Source: Mytilus edulis (Eukaryota). From it: a DNA stretch of 64,000 nucleotides. The notes under the pieces were generated by a model. That model was not told the DNA's origin. It made no database searches and was given only the letters and a program-made list of their open reading frames with translations. Position 1 is the first letter of the stretch; the number at the start of each line of letters is the position of its first letter. The DNA lies in assembly GCF_963676685.1 (NCBI RefSeq), contig NC_092355.1:44826001-44890000 (forward strand), in the 5' to 3' direction. The position numbers and the translations under genes are program-made. Shown one piece after another: positions 38,801 through 51,019 of the stretch.

Positions 38801-41800
38801 AACTTTTGATAAAATTTGTGAAAACATTTTTTTTATCAAGACAACAATGAGATATTGTTCAGGAAGCGTGCAAATTCAGCCGTTTCCTTCCAAAGTTATC
38901 CCGATTATGCCGTTCTCAACCCGGTTCCTATCCGATTTGCATCTTTCTCATGGTTAAAAACGACCGAATCTATTCCGACAGGGTCCCATTTCTGCCGAAT
39001 GCGACACGACAGACACCAAACAGTGAACCGACGCTGACGAAAGATATCCGTAAAGGAAAACTGTCGCCATATTTGGGATGATCAGGTACTGTCGGAACCA
39101 GGGTTTCCCCTGGGTCAATTATTTTTTTCGCCACCTCTTTCGCCAAAACAATATATTTTTCGCCACTTTATTATTTTTTTCGCCAAGTAACATAAATATA
39201 TTTTTCCTGTTGTGCCCTTTTGTACTAAGAAGTAATTTTTACAACAAAACAAAAGCTTTTATCACATGAAATTGATCCCTCATTTCATGTGTAGTCATTA
39301 CATTGAAGGGTTACTCTCATTCGAGAGGATGTTCCCAGCCTTTTGGATTAATATACATTTTTTCATAACGACAGTTTTCTTTTCTTGACCATCGTAAATG
39401 AAAAAGTTGAGACGTACAACTATGCTTGAAACACGTGCATGTGTCACTCAAATGACTTTATTAAAGTCAAAGGATAAAAGAATTAAAGTTTTAAATCGGA
39501 GATTTTTCTTGCTTTTGAACAATTTTCGTCACAACAACAGCTTTTTTTTCAAAACTATCTTTAAAGGGAGAGATGTCAAAAGTTTGCTTCAAACACGTGC
39601 GTCGCAAAGATGTAAATAAATTCTGTATGTGACATTTATAGCGGAAGCCATTTGACCATATCATTTTGTGAAACAATTCAATCAACACCTTTATTAATTA
39701 GTCCTTTGTTGTCAATAGCTATAAAATGCAATCAGCTGATTATTGATTTTCTGTCTAAATCTTAATGAGGTCAAGGTGAATTCCGAGTATTGTCGGATCA
39801 GGTAAAGTCCGAGAAACTCGAAAAAAAGTAAATAAACAAGATGGAGGAAAATAAATCGGTTTATATATTTCTTTCGCCAAATTCTTTCGCAAATGACGAA
39901 TTTTTATCGCCACAATTATTATTTTTTCGCAATTTGCGAAAATGGCGACCGCCAGCGGAAACCCTGGTCGGAACACAATCCTATCACAGTCTGCTGCACT
40001 GCACTGCAAACGGCTTTGTCTGGACTCAGTCGTATATTGTGTTCTGTAATTGTCGGTACTCTGACGAGGGTATTTTGTTGAGTTTCGTATTAATAACGGG
40101 ACTGTTCCCGAACGGTTCGTCAAAGACAGTTCGCATTCGGGATGCAATCTGGACACAATCGGCAAAAATACAGCAATGACAAATCTATACAGATCATGCC
40201 CGTTCTACAGTATACCGTCCACAAAAAAATAAAAACAACAGAGCATTGTTACGATTTTGATCCGATAGAGCAGAATATTTTACCACATAATCACGATTGT
40301 AATCCTACCAGACAAAATCGGATGAGTTTTCCCGAATGTTATGTCGTGACAGATTAGAGAATCGTAACAATGTTCTGTGTTTTCTGGACGTTGTTCTTTG
40401 AAACCTGCATGATCTGGAGACATTTGGCATTGCTGTTTTTTTGCCGATTGAGTCCAGATCCTGCGGAATGAGAACCGTCACTGTCGAAAATGTTTTGAGA
40501 ACTGGGTAATCGGGAGAAATCTGATTAAATTTTGACGCTTCCTGAACAATATCTGATTGTTGTCGTGATTAAAAAAATGATTTTAAAAAAGTTGATAAAA
40601 GTTTGACTTTCCAGCCACGATTCACAGGATCTTGATCAGACACATTTTAATCGGGAATAGTGCTGTCAAGGACTGCAGTAAAAATCGTGAATGTGTGACC
40701 AAAGCTTATGTCATGACGATTAAGAAACGAATCAACTTTTGTATATTCAATTTAGTATTTCATGCGTTATGTGTAATTTGGATGATGCGTTTCTGAAGTC
40801 CCTCAGTATATTATTCGTAAATGTTTCCTTTCGAAAAAAAAAAAATCGTGATATGAAAGAGACGTTTTTCTATTTTTCCGGCCATCTGTTTGTATGGGTT
40901 TAAATGTTCGATATCAACAGTAGTATAGTGCAGATATGATGGTTTTGGGAAAACAATATAACTAAATTTGGATTTTTTCTTCTTTTTAAATTCCTTTGAC
41001 ATTGTCATAATTTAATTGCGCTGATAATTTACAATTCAGTTCATTCGGCCTCCAGAATATTTGACCAAGATGAAACACCTGTTAATCATGCGTAAATCGG
41101 TACTTATAAGTGTATCTACATTATTTTTCAAATCTTTCATTTGTTCATACTTGAAGTCATGTGTAACGTTAAATCATAGATAAAACAATGAAAAACGTGT
41201 TTCATACAATAGTCATTTCCGTTGCTTTTTGAGGGTTTTTGCAGTTGTGTATGTACTGATTTGGTGTCATAGATGGATACCCCATATCTTTTGTTTTTAT
41301 ATTTCCACCGATTTTTCTCCACTGCTTTGATATCATGCACTGAACAAAATATCTAGATGCCAGTCAAATATTTTATTCTCGCACAAACTCTTAAGACTAT
41401 TATCATTGACTATACTTTTTACATATCTACTGATAAATATGTTTAACCAGCTTCATATTTTGATATTATCTCTTCGCATCTATATCGATAATTATAAACT
41501 AATTATCTTATTTTATATTCCTAGATTTGACCACGAAGACCCAGAATTCATTAGACTCTTAGAGAACGTACAGTTTATCATAGAGCAAAATTCGCCTTTC
41601 AGGCCTGATAATTTCTTCCCAATTTTAGAAGTTTTTCGAACAACTAATCAGGTAGTTCATATCTTTTAACATTATTTCTAGATCTGTTTACGCTTATGAA
41701 TTTAAATGTATTTATTGAAGCTGCATTCTAGAGAGTACTAAAAGCGAAGTTTTAAGCATTGAAACCATCCCTCTCAAAAACACTAGAAGATACAAATAGC

Positions 41801-44800
41801 TAACGTCAAGACAATAAACAACACATTGGTCAGGAAAAGAAACGTTAACAAATTAGCATAGATAAGAGGCATCAATAATTTACCGATGTCCAAATCTCAT
41901 AAAGTTCTCCCTTTAGAAGATATCAATCTAGATAGGAAACAAATCCTCAAAACTTCAGGAATCGCACGCACTCCATTACAAACGAGACCATATTCGTCGA
42001 CAGGGTAAGCGTTATTTTGAAGTTATATTTAACATTGCCATAAAAGCGGGAGGTTTGGCTTGCCACAAAACCAGGCTCAACCCACCATTTCTTTTCTTAG
42101 AATATCCTGTACCAAGTCAGGAAATTGTTATATTATATTTCGTTTCTGTGTGTGTTGCATTTTAATGTTTCTGTTGTGTCGTAGTTCTCCACTTATATTT
42201 GATGTGTTTCCCTCAGCTTTAGTTTGTATTCGGATTAGTTTTTTCTCTAAATCGATTTATGATTTATGAACTTGGAACAGCGATATACTACTATTGCACT
42301 CGTTTAGAGTGTCCACCTATGTTTAAATTTCCAAAGTTTTAACCTAGCAATCTTTAATTATTTACTGATTGTTTAATAGAAACAAGAAGATGTGGCATGA
42401 GTGCCAATGAGACAACTCTTAATCTAAATCACAATATGTAAAAGCTTAATCATTATACGTCAAAGTACAGCCTTCAAGACGGAGCCTTGGCTCACACCGA
42501 TCAGCAATCTATAAGGGGCCCCAAAACTACTAGTGTAAAATTAAATATAGATAGATATAGGAAGATGTGGTATGAGTGCCAATGAGACAACTCTCCATCC
42601 AAGTCACAATTATAAAAGTAAACCATTATAGGTCAAGGTACGATCTTCAACACTGAGCCTAGGCTTACACCGAACAGCAAGCTATAAAAGGCCCCAACAA
42701 TTACTAGTGTGAAACCATTCAAACGGGAAAACCAACGGTCTAGATGAATAGATAATCTATATAAAAAACGAGGAACGAGAATCACTTACAAATGTAGGAA
42801 CCACATAAACAGACGACAACCACTGAACATCAGATTCCTGACTTGGGACAGGTGCAAACAATTGAAGCGGGATATATGTAAATCATGTATCTTGTTTTAA
42901 GGGTATCTGTAGGACAAAACCTAGACAAAGTCTTCATTGATTACCTTCACTCGGCAGTTCCGTAATGATTGCCAAATAAACGAAATAAACCTCTTTTACA
43001 GCTTCAAGCTGCTGTCGAACGTTTCAATGAGACGAAGGAGTGTATACGGAGACGAATAGATAAACAGAGACTAACTTTCGATCCTTGTGTTATCAGAAAT
43101 TTTCTTGATCTTTACCTTGCTCAGGAAGGAAAACAGGATTCGAAAATATCAGGTAGCATTTTAACTTATTATCATATCAGGTAGCAATTTAACGAATATC
43201 AGGTAGCATTTTAACTACTAATATCAGGTAGCAATTTAACGAATATCAGGTAGCATGAGGTGCTAATTTTTTACATCATATCCGGATTTCGACAATAGGG
43301 ATCGAAAAGTATTTGGAAGGCGATTTAATTTATCTCAATTTAGGATAGACTCTTGAATTTTAAAGGGTCAAAATAGGATGAACGGATTATAGAAACCGTA
43401 GGGAAAATATAATACAAGCCCAAACGAAATAAATATGAACAATTCTAAATTTAAAACATCGTTCAAACCTATGATTATGTTGGATAAAAACAGCAGTTTT
43501 AATACGTGTGCATGTTACAAATTTTGTTGTAGAGGGGTTTAAATACAGTTTTTAAAAATTTTCAAAACATTTTCAAAAAGACCAAAAAAGTGAAAAAGTA
43601 TATTTTTAACAAAACACATTTGACTAACATGTCGAACAACAGATGTTCTTAAACACTGCTGACTGCCATTGACGATTTCAAAATAATTTAATCACAAGAT
43701 GTAACGAAGGGGATCTTCAATTTAATACCAAATAGAAAACAATAAACTTGCGGCAAAGATGGTAAACCACAAACATGAGGTGCTAAAATTTGTACACCAC
43801 AACCGGATTTCTTATATATTATTTATCGCTATTTTTGCATTTTTCCTTTGAATTTTTTTGTGATAATTTTTCATATCATGCTACTCGCTTTGGATGGAAA
43901 ATTATCGCTAGAAACTAAGGAAGCACGTGGTGTTGCTAATGAAATTGACTACGTCGTTATAGGTAAAATAGCGGTAAACAGATTATCATTGGTCATCTCA
44001 ACGATAATCTATAAATATATATATATGCGCTATGATTTATAGAGAAATATATTAAGCTTATATCTAAACTGTTCTTACATAAACATCTTTATCCATATTT
44101 TATTTTGGCAGAAAGTTATCTTTTTAACACAATTGTTGACATGTATTTTGCTGGAACCGACACAACATCTGGCGCATTGCAGTGGTGCATGCTATATATG
44201 TTAAAGTTCCCGGATGTTCAGCTAAAATGTCGAGCAGAGATACTAGAAGTAAGTTAATATTGTTTTGTTGTAAATATAATCTTTTTACCGTAGGATAAGC
44301 AGATATTCTGTGAGCAGATTTTACGAGTTACATATGGCACACTACGGAAGAGTAATACACAAACTTTTTTATATAGTTTTTCCTTTTTTGATGTAACACA
44401 AATCGTTGCAATATAGAACACATCTTTGTGACTTAACGTAAAACTTTATCTTATTTGTTTTATATATGTTTAAATGGAAGCAGATGTTATAAAAGTATGA
44501 GGCTGCATGTGTTAAATCTTATAACTATTTGCCCTTATTCCTGGAGTTTTACCAACAATGTAGCACACAATCATGACATACCAGTAATGATAAGCAGAAC
44601 ATTACAAAGAAAAATTACCCTGTTACACGTAATACATTGGATGCTACTTGTAGAGCATTTGAGATAAATCCACTTTTATGTGGGGTCGAGTTGCACTGTG
44701 CTTAGTTTCATTATAGTGTGGGAATTCGTTTCTCGTGTCGTATTTGTCCCCTTTTTTACATGGCGATGTCAGTTTCTCTCGTGTATGAATTTGAATGTCC

Positions 44801-47800
44801 GGTAAGTAACTTCAGTCTCTTTGAGTGTTCCACTCACTATCTTGTAGCATATAGCCGCAGAGTATGTTCTTGAGGAAACGATGATAATCCGTCGGAAGGG
44901 GACAATAAATGGCTGACCCGTGTTAAGAGAGAGCCATATCTCTTTCACGTTAAAGACACCCTTGTAGATTTCGAAAAAGAGCAGGCTAATGCCGCTACAA
45001 GGCAGCACTCGCACCCGCAAAGTGGAAAGGGATTAATATAAGTTGCAAAACATGTTTCCCAATCCACTATAAATAAATATGTTTAAATTAATGGTTGAAA
45101 CCGTATTAAATTATGGAGAATGGAAATGGGGAATGATACATGTTTCATTCGAATTCGTTTGTCTATTGAAGGCAATTGGAGACAGTAGGTTACCAAAGCT
45201 TAGTGACCGAGAAGACCTATCCTACGTCAATGCTACACTTCATGAAATACAACGAATTGCGACAACAGGTATTAAAATATAGCATATTTTTTATAACCAT
45301 ATATGCCGTTTAGCTAGCAATTGCTACATTTGTACCAATCTCCATCAATAGTTTGTCCTTAAGTTGTGGGAAACAAACATTCTAATAATGGCCGCAATTT
45401 AAATTTGTATAACATAATAAGAGCGAAGTTCATTCTATTGGGTTTGGCTTTTATTTAAGTCCCCTTTAATCATACAGCCTTTCACACGGGCTTTCGTTCG
45501 ATGGTATGAGCATTCTTGATGAGGATTAACAAAAAAAAAAAAAAAAGCGCTACGAACCCTTAACATTTATACAGTGTTATTTTCATTTAGCAATATTATC
45601 AATACCGGTGCTGAAGGACTGTTATTATTCGAGTTTATCCCATAAATTTAGTTCTTAATACAGATATTTTGTATATCTAATAAAGGTTCTTTTCTCCAGT
45701 CTGTGTTATCTACCATATGTCGTATAGCTAAACCCGTAACGCATAACACGTATTGCACCCCTTTTGGAACTCGAGATTGTTTCCGACACAGTTTTTATCC
45801 GCTTGAAATTTTAGAGACGACAATGATTCGTGCTGCCGAATGAACTCTTGTATGTCAATGTATTCAATAAATGCAGTCACTTTTTATTACAAAATCTCTT
45901 TTAAAAAAGGAAGATTAAAGACTTGTTATTCCTCTTATCTAGATTACACCGATAATATCAGTGCACTAAACTCAATTCTCTAAGTTAAAATCTCAATAAA
46001 TGGTATAACAAAAGGTAAAACAGTACACAAGTACAAGTTTACATTCTTTATGGATAAGGAGTGCTACTGCGACAGCATTAAAAATGACGTCAACCTGAAA
46101 CCACAGTTCTTGTGTCATTTGCATAACTACAAATACTCAAATTTGATTGTTCCGTTACATTTTTCCCTTCTGGTTTAAACTCCGATAGACTATGTTGCCG
46201 AAACCAAATTCGTAACATTCATTGTGATCTATTCATGCGCGATACAACTTGATGTTTGGGGTTCAAGCAAAATAAGATTGAAAAAAAAATCCATAAATGC
46301 TATTTCTATGCAAATAAATGATAAAAAGAAATAATGGATTAACCGTCTTGCTTCCCTCAGTTTAAGGATGTTCAATCCTCTTGTTTTAGAAACTTTTCCT
46401 AGATATTCGGAATCCTCTGGTTTTATCCATTTATTGTCATTAAAAAGAGTATTGCCCATTTCATTTTTTTAGTTGTAGGTACTGATGGATTAGCTAGTAA
46501 AATGCGTGAAAATCGACAGAATGTGAATTAAACAATACGTATATTAATCAATGAGACAACAACACATCAACGACAAAAGCAACCAAAAGACATAAACAGG
46601 TCAAAAGACAGCTTATATTTCAGTTAAGATCAGGAACATAAATATTTCATGCTGCAAAGCCTCTCAGATTCACACCCGTTAGATTTACTCTTCCAAGTAA
46701 TAAACTAACTGGTCATTTGAGAAATATGTCTGGTAATGCCGGTTAATGAGACACAAGGTTACAATGTATTTGTATATTAAGGTTTCATTTTATATGGTCT
46801 TTAAACATTTTGAGAAAATCATTGGTATACACTGTATATTGTACAGCCATCTTAGTAAGAATAGTCGTTTTCCGTTCACAACTTGTCATTATTATATGTA
46901 CATTGTAGCTCCGATGGCAGTTCCCCATACTACGCTAGAAGATATTTATATTGAGGGAAAATTAATCCCGAAGAAGAGTATACTTCTCTGCGACTTGATG
47001 TCCGTACATCTTGATCCTATTGTATGGAACGAACCAGACATATTCCGTCCTGAAAGATTTCTTGATGACAAGGGTCATTTCCTTAGAAGTGAAAATTTCT
47101 GTCCGTTTTCACTGGGTTTGTTATTCGAGTTTTATATGATTACCATCATTTTTGTTTGTTGTTTTTTTATATAATGACATACAACCTATTTGAAAAAATA
47201 TTGTCTTTGGGTTTTGTAATGTTTACCCTGCTTTTTTATTCCATTATAAAACATTGAAAATAATATCGAATAGTTCTATAGGAAAAATATGTTTGAGTAA
47301 AACAAAAGTGTTGGTGCTTTTCAAAACCATTAGGACAAATACAACTGATAGTCAATTTTATGAAAGAAACAAAGTGCAAAACTTTATATGCATGCATTTA
47401 AAACTACAGTCAAACATGCTTAAAAGACCATATATTGTATACCCCTCTGTAAAACATTTCAATTAAATTGAACCTGTATTAACAGACCACCTCTCTTTAG
47501 AGACAAATGTTTGCTCTCCTTTAAGTGGTCTCTTAAAACAGGTTTTACTGTACGTGGTTTCATTATTTCAATAAAAAAAAACTATTACTGGTATAACTAG
47601 TATAGTTATTCAAATGATACACTTCTCATTATCCTCAGTACTTTGATAGGAAACAACAATCTGAAGATTATATGGTATTTGCTAGAACCGTGGAGCATAG
47701 TGAATTTTATCATTATTGCTAAGATAGTTCCAATACATCATGCCTGTCATGTTTTGAAAGTGAATCCCCACATGTTCTTTACTTTTCTAAATAAAGGTAA

Positions 47801-48890
47801 CAGTAGTATACCGCTGTTTGAAAATCATAAATGGATAGAGAAAAAAAAAAAAAAACCTAAAACTGAGGGAAACTTATAAAATATAAGAGAACTACGACAC
47901 AACAAAAACAAAAAATTAAAATGCAGCACACACAGAAACTAACTATTATATAACAATGGCCATTGTCCTGACTTGGAACAGGGCATTTAAAGAACAAAAT
48001 GGTGGGTCGAACCTTGTTTTGTGACATGCCAAACCTCCCGCTTTAATGGCAATGTTTATTATAACATTAAAATGACAATATTACATGGCAGGACTACAAT
48101 ACACATAAATGGGAGAACATATATGACAGGGAAACAAACGAATAGCTAACTAAAGGTACCAGGTTAAAAATTTAAATACGCCAGGCGCGCGCCACGTCCA
48201 CACAAGACTAACCAGCGACGCTCAAATGAAAGAAGTTTGAAAGTCAAAACAAATACAAAGTTGAAGATTACCGAGGACCAAAAGTTCCAAAAAATTGTGA
48301 CCAATACGGCCAGGGTTATCTGCCTGGGACAAGAGCATCATTATCATTTACAATAATTCATACTTTTGCAAACAGTTAATTTTATAAAATGACTATACAA
48401 TAGATATACATGATTAAACTGAGGTTGTGACTAGCTACAGAATAAAAACGGATACATTATAAAAATACACAGCCGTGTTAGCCAAAGCTAATGCAACGCA
48501 GAAAGTACAAAGTGACGTCAATTGAATTTCTAAAACGAGTTCCCAAAATTAAGAAAGAATTTGGATGAAATTTAGTATGACTTATCTAACATTTATTAAT
48601 AACAGTGAATAGCATTTGGTAATAAAACTAGTCCGTGAGTAGGAAAAAAAATAAACAACAATCATTTATTGCATAACGTGCTCTTGTTTCTTCTTATATT
48701 TCTAGGACCCCGTCAGTGTGTTGGAAAACATTTAGGTGAAGCAGAATTGTTTTTAATTTTTACTTCATTACTTCAACGATTTGACCTAATAAAGGCTAAC
48801 CCTGATCAAACTTTGTCTACAGAAGGAAAGCAGACGTTCGTAACACTAGAACCACAACCTTATGAAATGAAATTCGTTATCCGAAATTAG
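29513..48890 (+). CDS. Cytochrome P450, clan 2 (CYP2-like), complete, 8 exons, 500 aa
   Basis: Exons 29513-29885, 37750-37975, 41525-41651, 43002-43152, 44112-44248, 45172-45268, 46909-47115, 48706-48890 sum to 1503 nt with consistent phases. N-terminal anchor + IPGPIPWPIVGNL, WxxxR (WVAGR), I-helix AGTDTT, ExxR (EIQR), PERF, heme motif FSLGPRQCVG; AATAAA at 49099. Confidence 0.96.
30330..32690. repeat. Complex AT-rich minisatellite with 257-bp higher-order units and an internal inverted block
   Basis: Identical ORFs recur 257 bp apart (30909/31166); 31861-32490 is reverse-complement with 141-bp units. Confidence 0.9.
32791..36484. mobile_element. IS3EU-like non-autonomous fold-back DNA transposon (3694 bp)
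   Basis: Termini TACGGAAGCCGATAAGGGCCATTC...GAATGGCCCTTATCGGCTTCCGTA; 6-bp TSD GTTAGC (32785-32790, 36485-36490); arms ~0.7-0.9 kb with palindromic ATGTCG..CGACAT arrays; no transposase ORF recognised. Confidence 0.88.
36998..37445. repeat. ~245-bp tandem duplication in CYP intron 1
   Basis: ttgttgaaatga...aaagtaagctttaagaattcc...gacttcatttatgaaag occurs twice. Confidence 0.85.
37750..37975 (+). CDS. CYP exon 2
   Basis: LVFSNGQEWVAGRKF...LKDFGVGTKSIEERIHEE...SNVVSNIIFGER. Confidence 0.95.
38617..40706. mobile_element. Harbinger-like non-autonomous element (CYP intron 2)
   Basis: Imperfect long TIRs ATTCACGATTTTTACTGC / GCAGTAAAAATCGTGAAT extending ~200 bp inward; 77-bp tandem duplication in the left arm. 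Confidence 0.7.
39099..39966. mobile_element. hAT non-autonomous element nested in the Harbinger-like element
   Basis: CAGGGTTTCC...GGAAACCCTG, 8-bp TSD GTCGGAAC, subterminal TTTCGCCA repeats. Confidence 0.88.
41525..41651 (+). CDS. CYP exon 3
   Basis: RFDHEDPEF...NFFPILEVFRTTNQ; phase 2-0. Confidence 0.93.
43002..43152 (+). CDS. CYP exon 4
   Basis: LQAAVERF...TFDPCVIRNFLDLYL; phase 0-1. Confidence 0.92.
43145..43256 (+). repeat. Five tandem copies of the exon-4 splice donor ATATCAG|GTAGCA
   Basis: GT at 43153, 43181, 43203, 43228, 43250. Confidence 0.92.
44112..44248 (+). CDS. CYP exon 5 (I-helix)
   Basis: DMYFAGTDTTSGALQW...FPDVQLKCRAEI; phase 1-0; absent from the ORF track. Confidence 0.95.
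44872..45085 (+). mobile_element. V-type SINE 3' fragment
   Basis: cggaaggggac...cccgtgt...cacgttaaagacaccc resembles the bivalve V-SINE core; AT-rich tail. Confidence 0.5.
45172..45268 (+). CDS. CYP exon 6 (K-helix)
   Basis: AIGDSRLPKLSDREDLSYVNATLHEIQR; phase 0-1. Confidence 0.95.
46909..47115 (+). CDS. CYP exon 7 (PERF)
   Basis: APMAVPH...DPIVWNEPDIFRPERFLD...PFSLG; phase 1-1. Confidence 0.95.
47407..47550. mobile_element. Tc1/pogo-type MITE
   Basis: TA|CAGTCAAAC...GTTTTACTG|TA with internal GACCAC motifs. Confidence 0.7.
48152..48432 (-). mobile_element. Degenerate copy of the hammerhead-associated repeat (CYP intron 7)
   Basis: tacgccaggcgcgcgcc...cacaagactaaccagcgacgctc is the mutated reverse complement of the 11426-11469 ribozyme. 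Confidence 0.55.
48706..48890 (+). CDS. CYP exon 8 (heme Cys)
   Basis: GPRQCVGKHLGEAELFLIFTSLLQRF...PQPYEMKFVIRN*. Confidence 0.95.
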
Positions 48891-49829
48891 CCATAATGTA
48901 TGGATTGATCATTCTACAAACTTTGTTAATTTGATTTACCATTTTAATCATATACATGATATAAAACAGAAAGCAGCCACTAATGTAATATGCAGTATAT
49001 GTGTATGCAAATATTTAGTAAATTTTTTTTATTCTATATTGTATTTACTTACAACGTAGCCTCATTCTCCTCATCTAATTAACTTGAAAGACAAAAACAA
49101 TAAATGGAACCAATTGTGAACCACAAAACATTGAAAATGAAGTCAAAGTCATTTGAACCATACCAGATAGTTACGTACACCTAACAATTGTTCAATAACT
49201 ATTAATCATTTAGAAATTGACCTTACCACGCACGTATAAAAACGTAACGTACAATGGCAGATCCATAATTATTTATAAGAGAGTCCCACTCCACTCATAC
49301 TTCTGTGATTACCTATCTAATCAACCATTTAAAAATCATCTCCTTGTATGCTATATCTCCAAGAGCTTTAATAGTCCGATGATTCTATTTATATACTATG
49401 TGTATATAACATAGACTGGCCGACAGATATGCATATTGATAATGTACACCTTCTTGAGTAATGCAATAGAAGGAGCTACAATTTATCACAAACTGTACAA
49501 TATCTTGCTTATTTAAGAAAGTACTAGTAGTTTTCAAATTTTTTGGTCCAATTATGTTTATTGCATAACTTTTCAGCTCTTGGAAGGCCACATTTCGTTG
49601 TTACAATAGAGCCGGACAAACTACCAAGATATGAATCTCGTCCTCATCAGTCAATTCACAGCATTTACAAGTTGGTGCTTACTTCCCCCCAGAATATTTA
49701 CAATTCAAACTTTGTAGGATATACCGTATGTTCCAGTAATCAGGCGTGCATTTAAAGCTCGTTTTCCGATTTGATTTTCCTCTGAGTTCAGTATTTTTAT
49801 GATTTTACTTTTTATATCCAAGATAGTTG

Positions 49830-50620
49830 AACATAGACAGCTCAAAGATAGATGAGTCGACCCAAAAGTTTTGCAGTTTTGATATAAGTGTTTTAAAGAA
49901 TATATTTGAGATATATCAGATTTTTTTTGAGTCCAGAACTCTCGAATACTAGTAGATGTTTTGAATGTAGATATCCATGAAAGCAACCCTTGTTGGAAAG
50001 CAGTTATTGCTTTTTAGATTTTTAATATTCATGAGTGTTTGCAGCTTAGAGAGATCATTAATAGTAATATTTTCGCATGAAAGTACATGATGGAGAAATG
50101 TCAGTTGCCTTTGGTGAATTTCTGCCTCAAGAGGCTATGTCCCATTTAGAAGTAAAACTGCACAGATTGCTGTCAGGTAAGGATTGGAAACTCTTCAAGT
50201 TGTTCTTTAGATGAAATTTATTCAATTTATCCATCTGTGAATTGTTCAGTGGGAAAATGTCCAAACAAGAAGTCTTGGGGGGGGGGGGGGGGGGGGGGTA
50301 CGTAGCACTGATAAATGTGAAAGGAGAGTGTCGGGTTTGATCCGTTCGATCCATGCACTTCAGTTTTTATAAATGATTTGATGGTTCTACTTGCTGTGCT
50401 CATTCTAGCATCAATGTAAAGGTTGTTTTCCTTTAGTTCTAATCTTATTAATCACAGACGGGTTGTTTCATTGAACGGGTATATGATGGATACTATCCAG
50501 TGTCCAGCTAAGTTTTAATCGATTCAGTTTTGCTGATTTATTAAGGATAACAGCTTTTAGTTTTTTAGGGTGCAGAGTTGCATGTACATGGTCCTATTTT
50601 GAATGCCAAATGAATGTAGC
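49830..50620 (-). mobile_element. Decayed LINE (RTE-X-like RT C-terminal region)
   Basis: Frameshifted translation LHPKKLKAVIL...ARMSTASRT...VHGSNGSNPTLSFHIYQCYV...FHLKNNLKSFQSLP...IHQRQL; poly-C insertion. Confidence 0.65.
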
Positions 50621-51019
50621 TACCATTGTTTGAAGTATGGTTAGGTCGCTACTATTAATATTTGGTTGTGCAGGTATATCTAAATTAGTTTTGACTGAAT
50701 TCTGATATTAAAATATTAACAGTATTGTTACATCCAATCTTCTTTAAATAAAATAATTACATGACATTTATTTTACCAATTAAAGTCATATATAAACAAA
50801 AACCAATTAAAGTCATATTCAGCACCTAAGAAATTTAATGTCTAAATGCGAAGTTAAAGTCAAAGATATTGTCATAATGATCGCTTTGCATACATAAAAT
50901 ATATCCTAGCGGTTGTTTGAAAACACCACTTCTTTAATACACGAGGATATAGTTGTGTACATTATTTACACGAGATCACTTCAGGGATTATTATGCCCTG
51001 TACGCACTTGTGATCTACT

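Noticed and set aside
39078-40357. Cluster of 60-136-aa ORFs in CYP intron 2
   Set aside because: They span nested non-autonomous TEs and lack protein motifs
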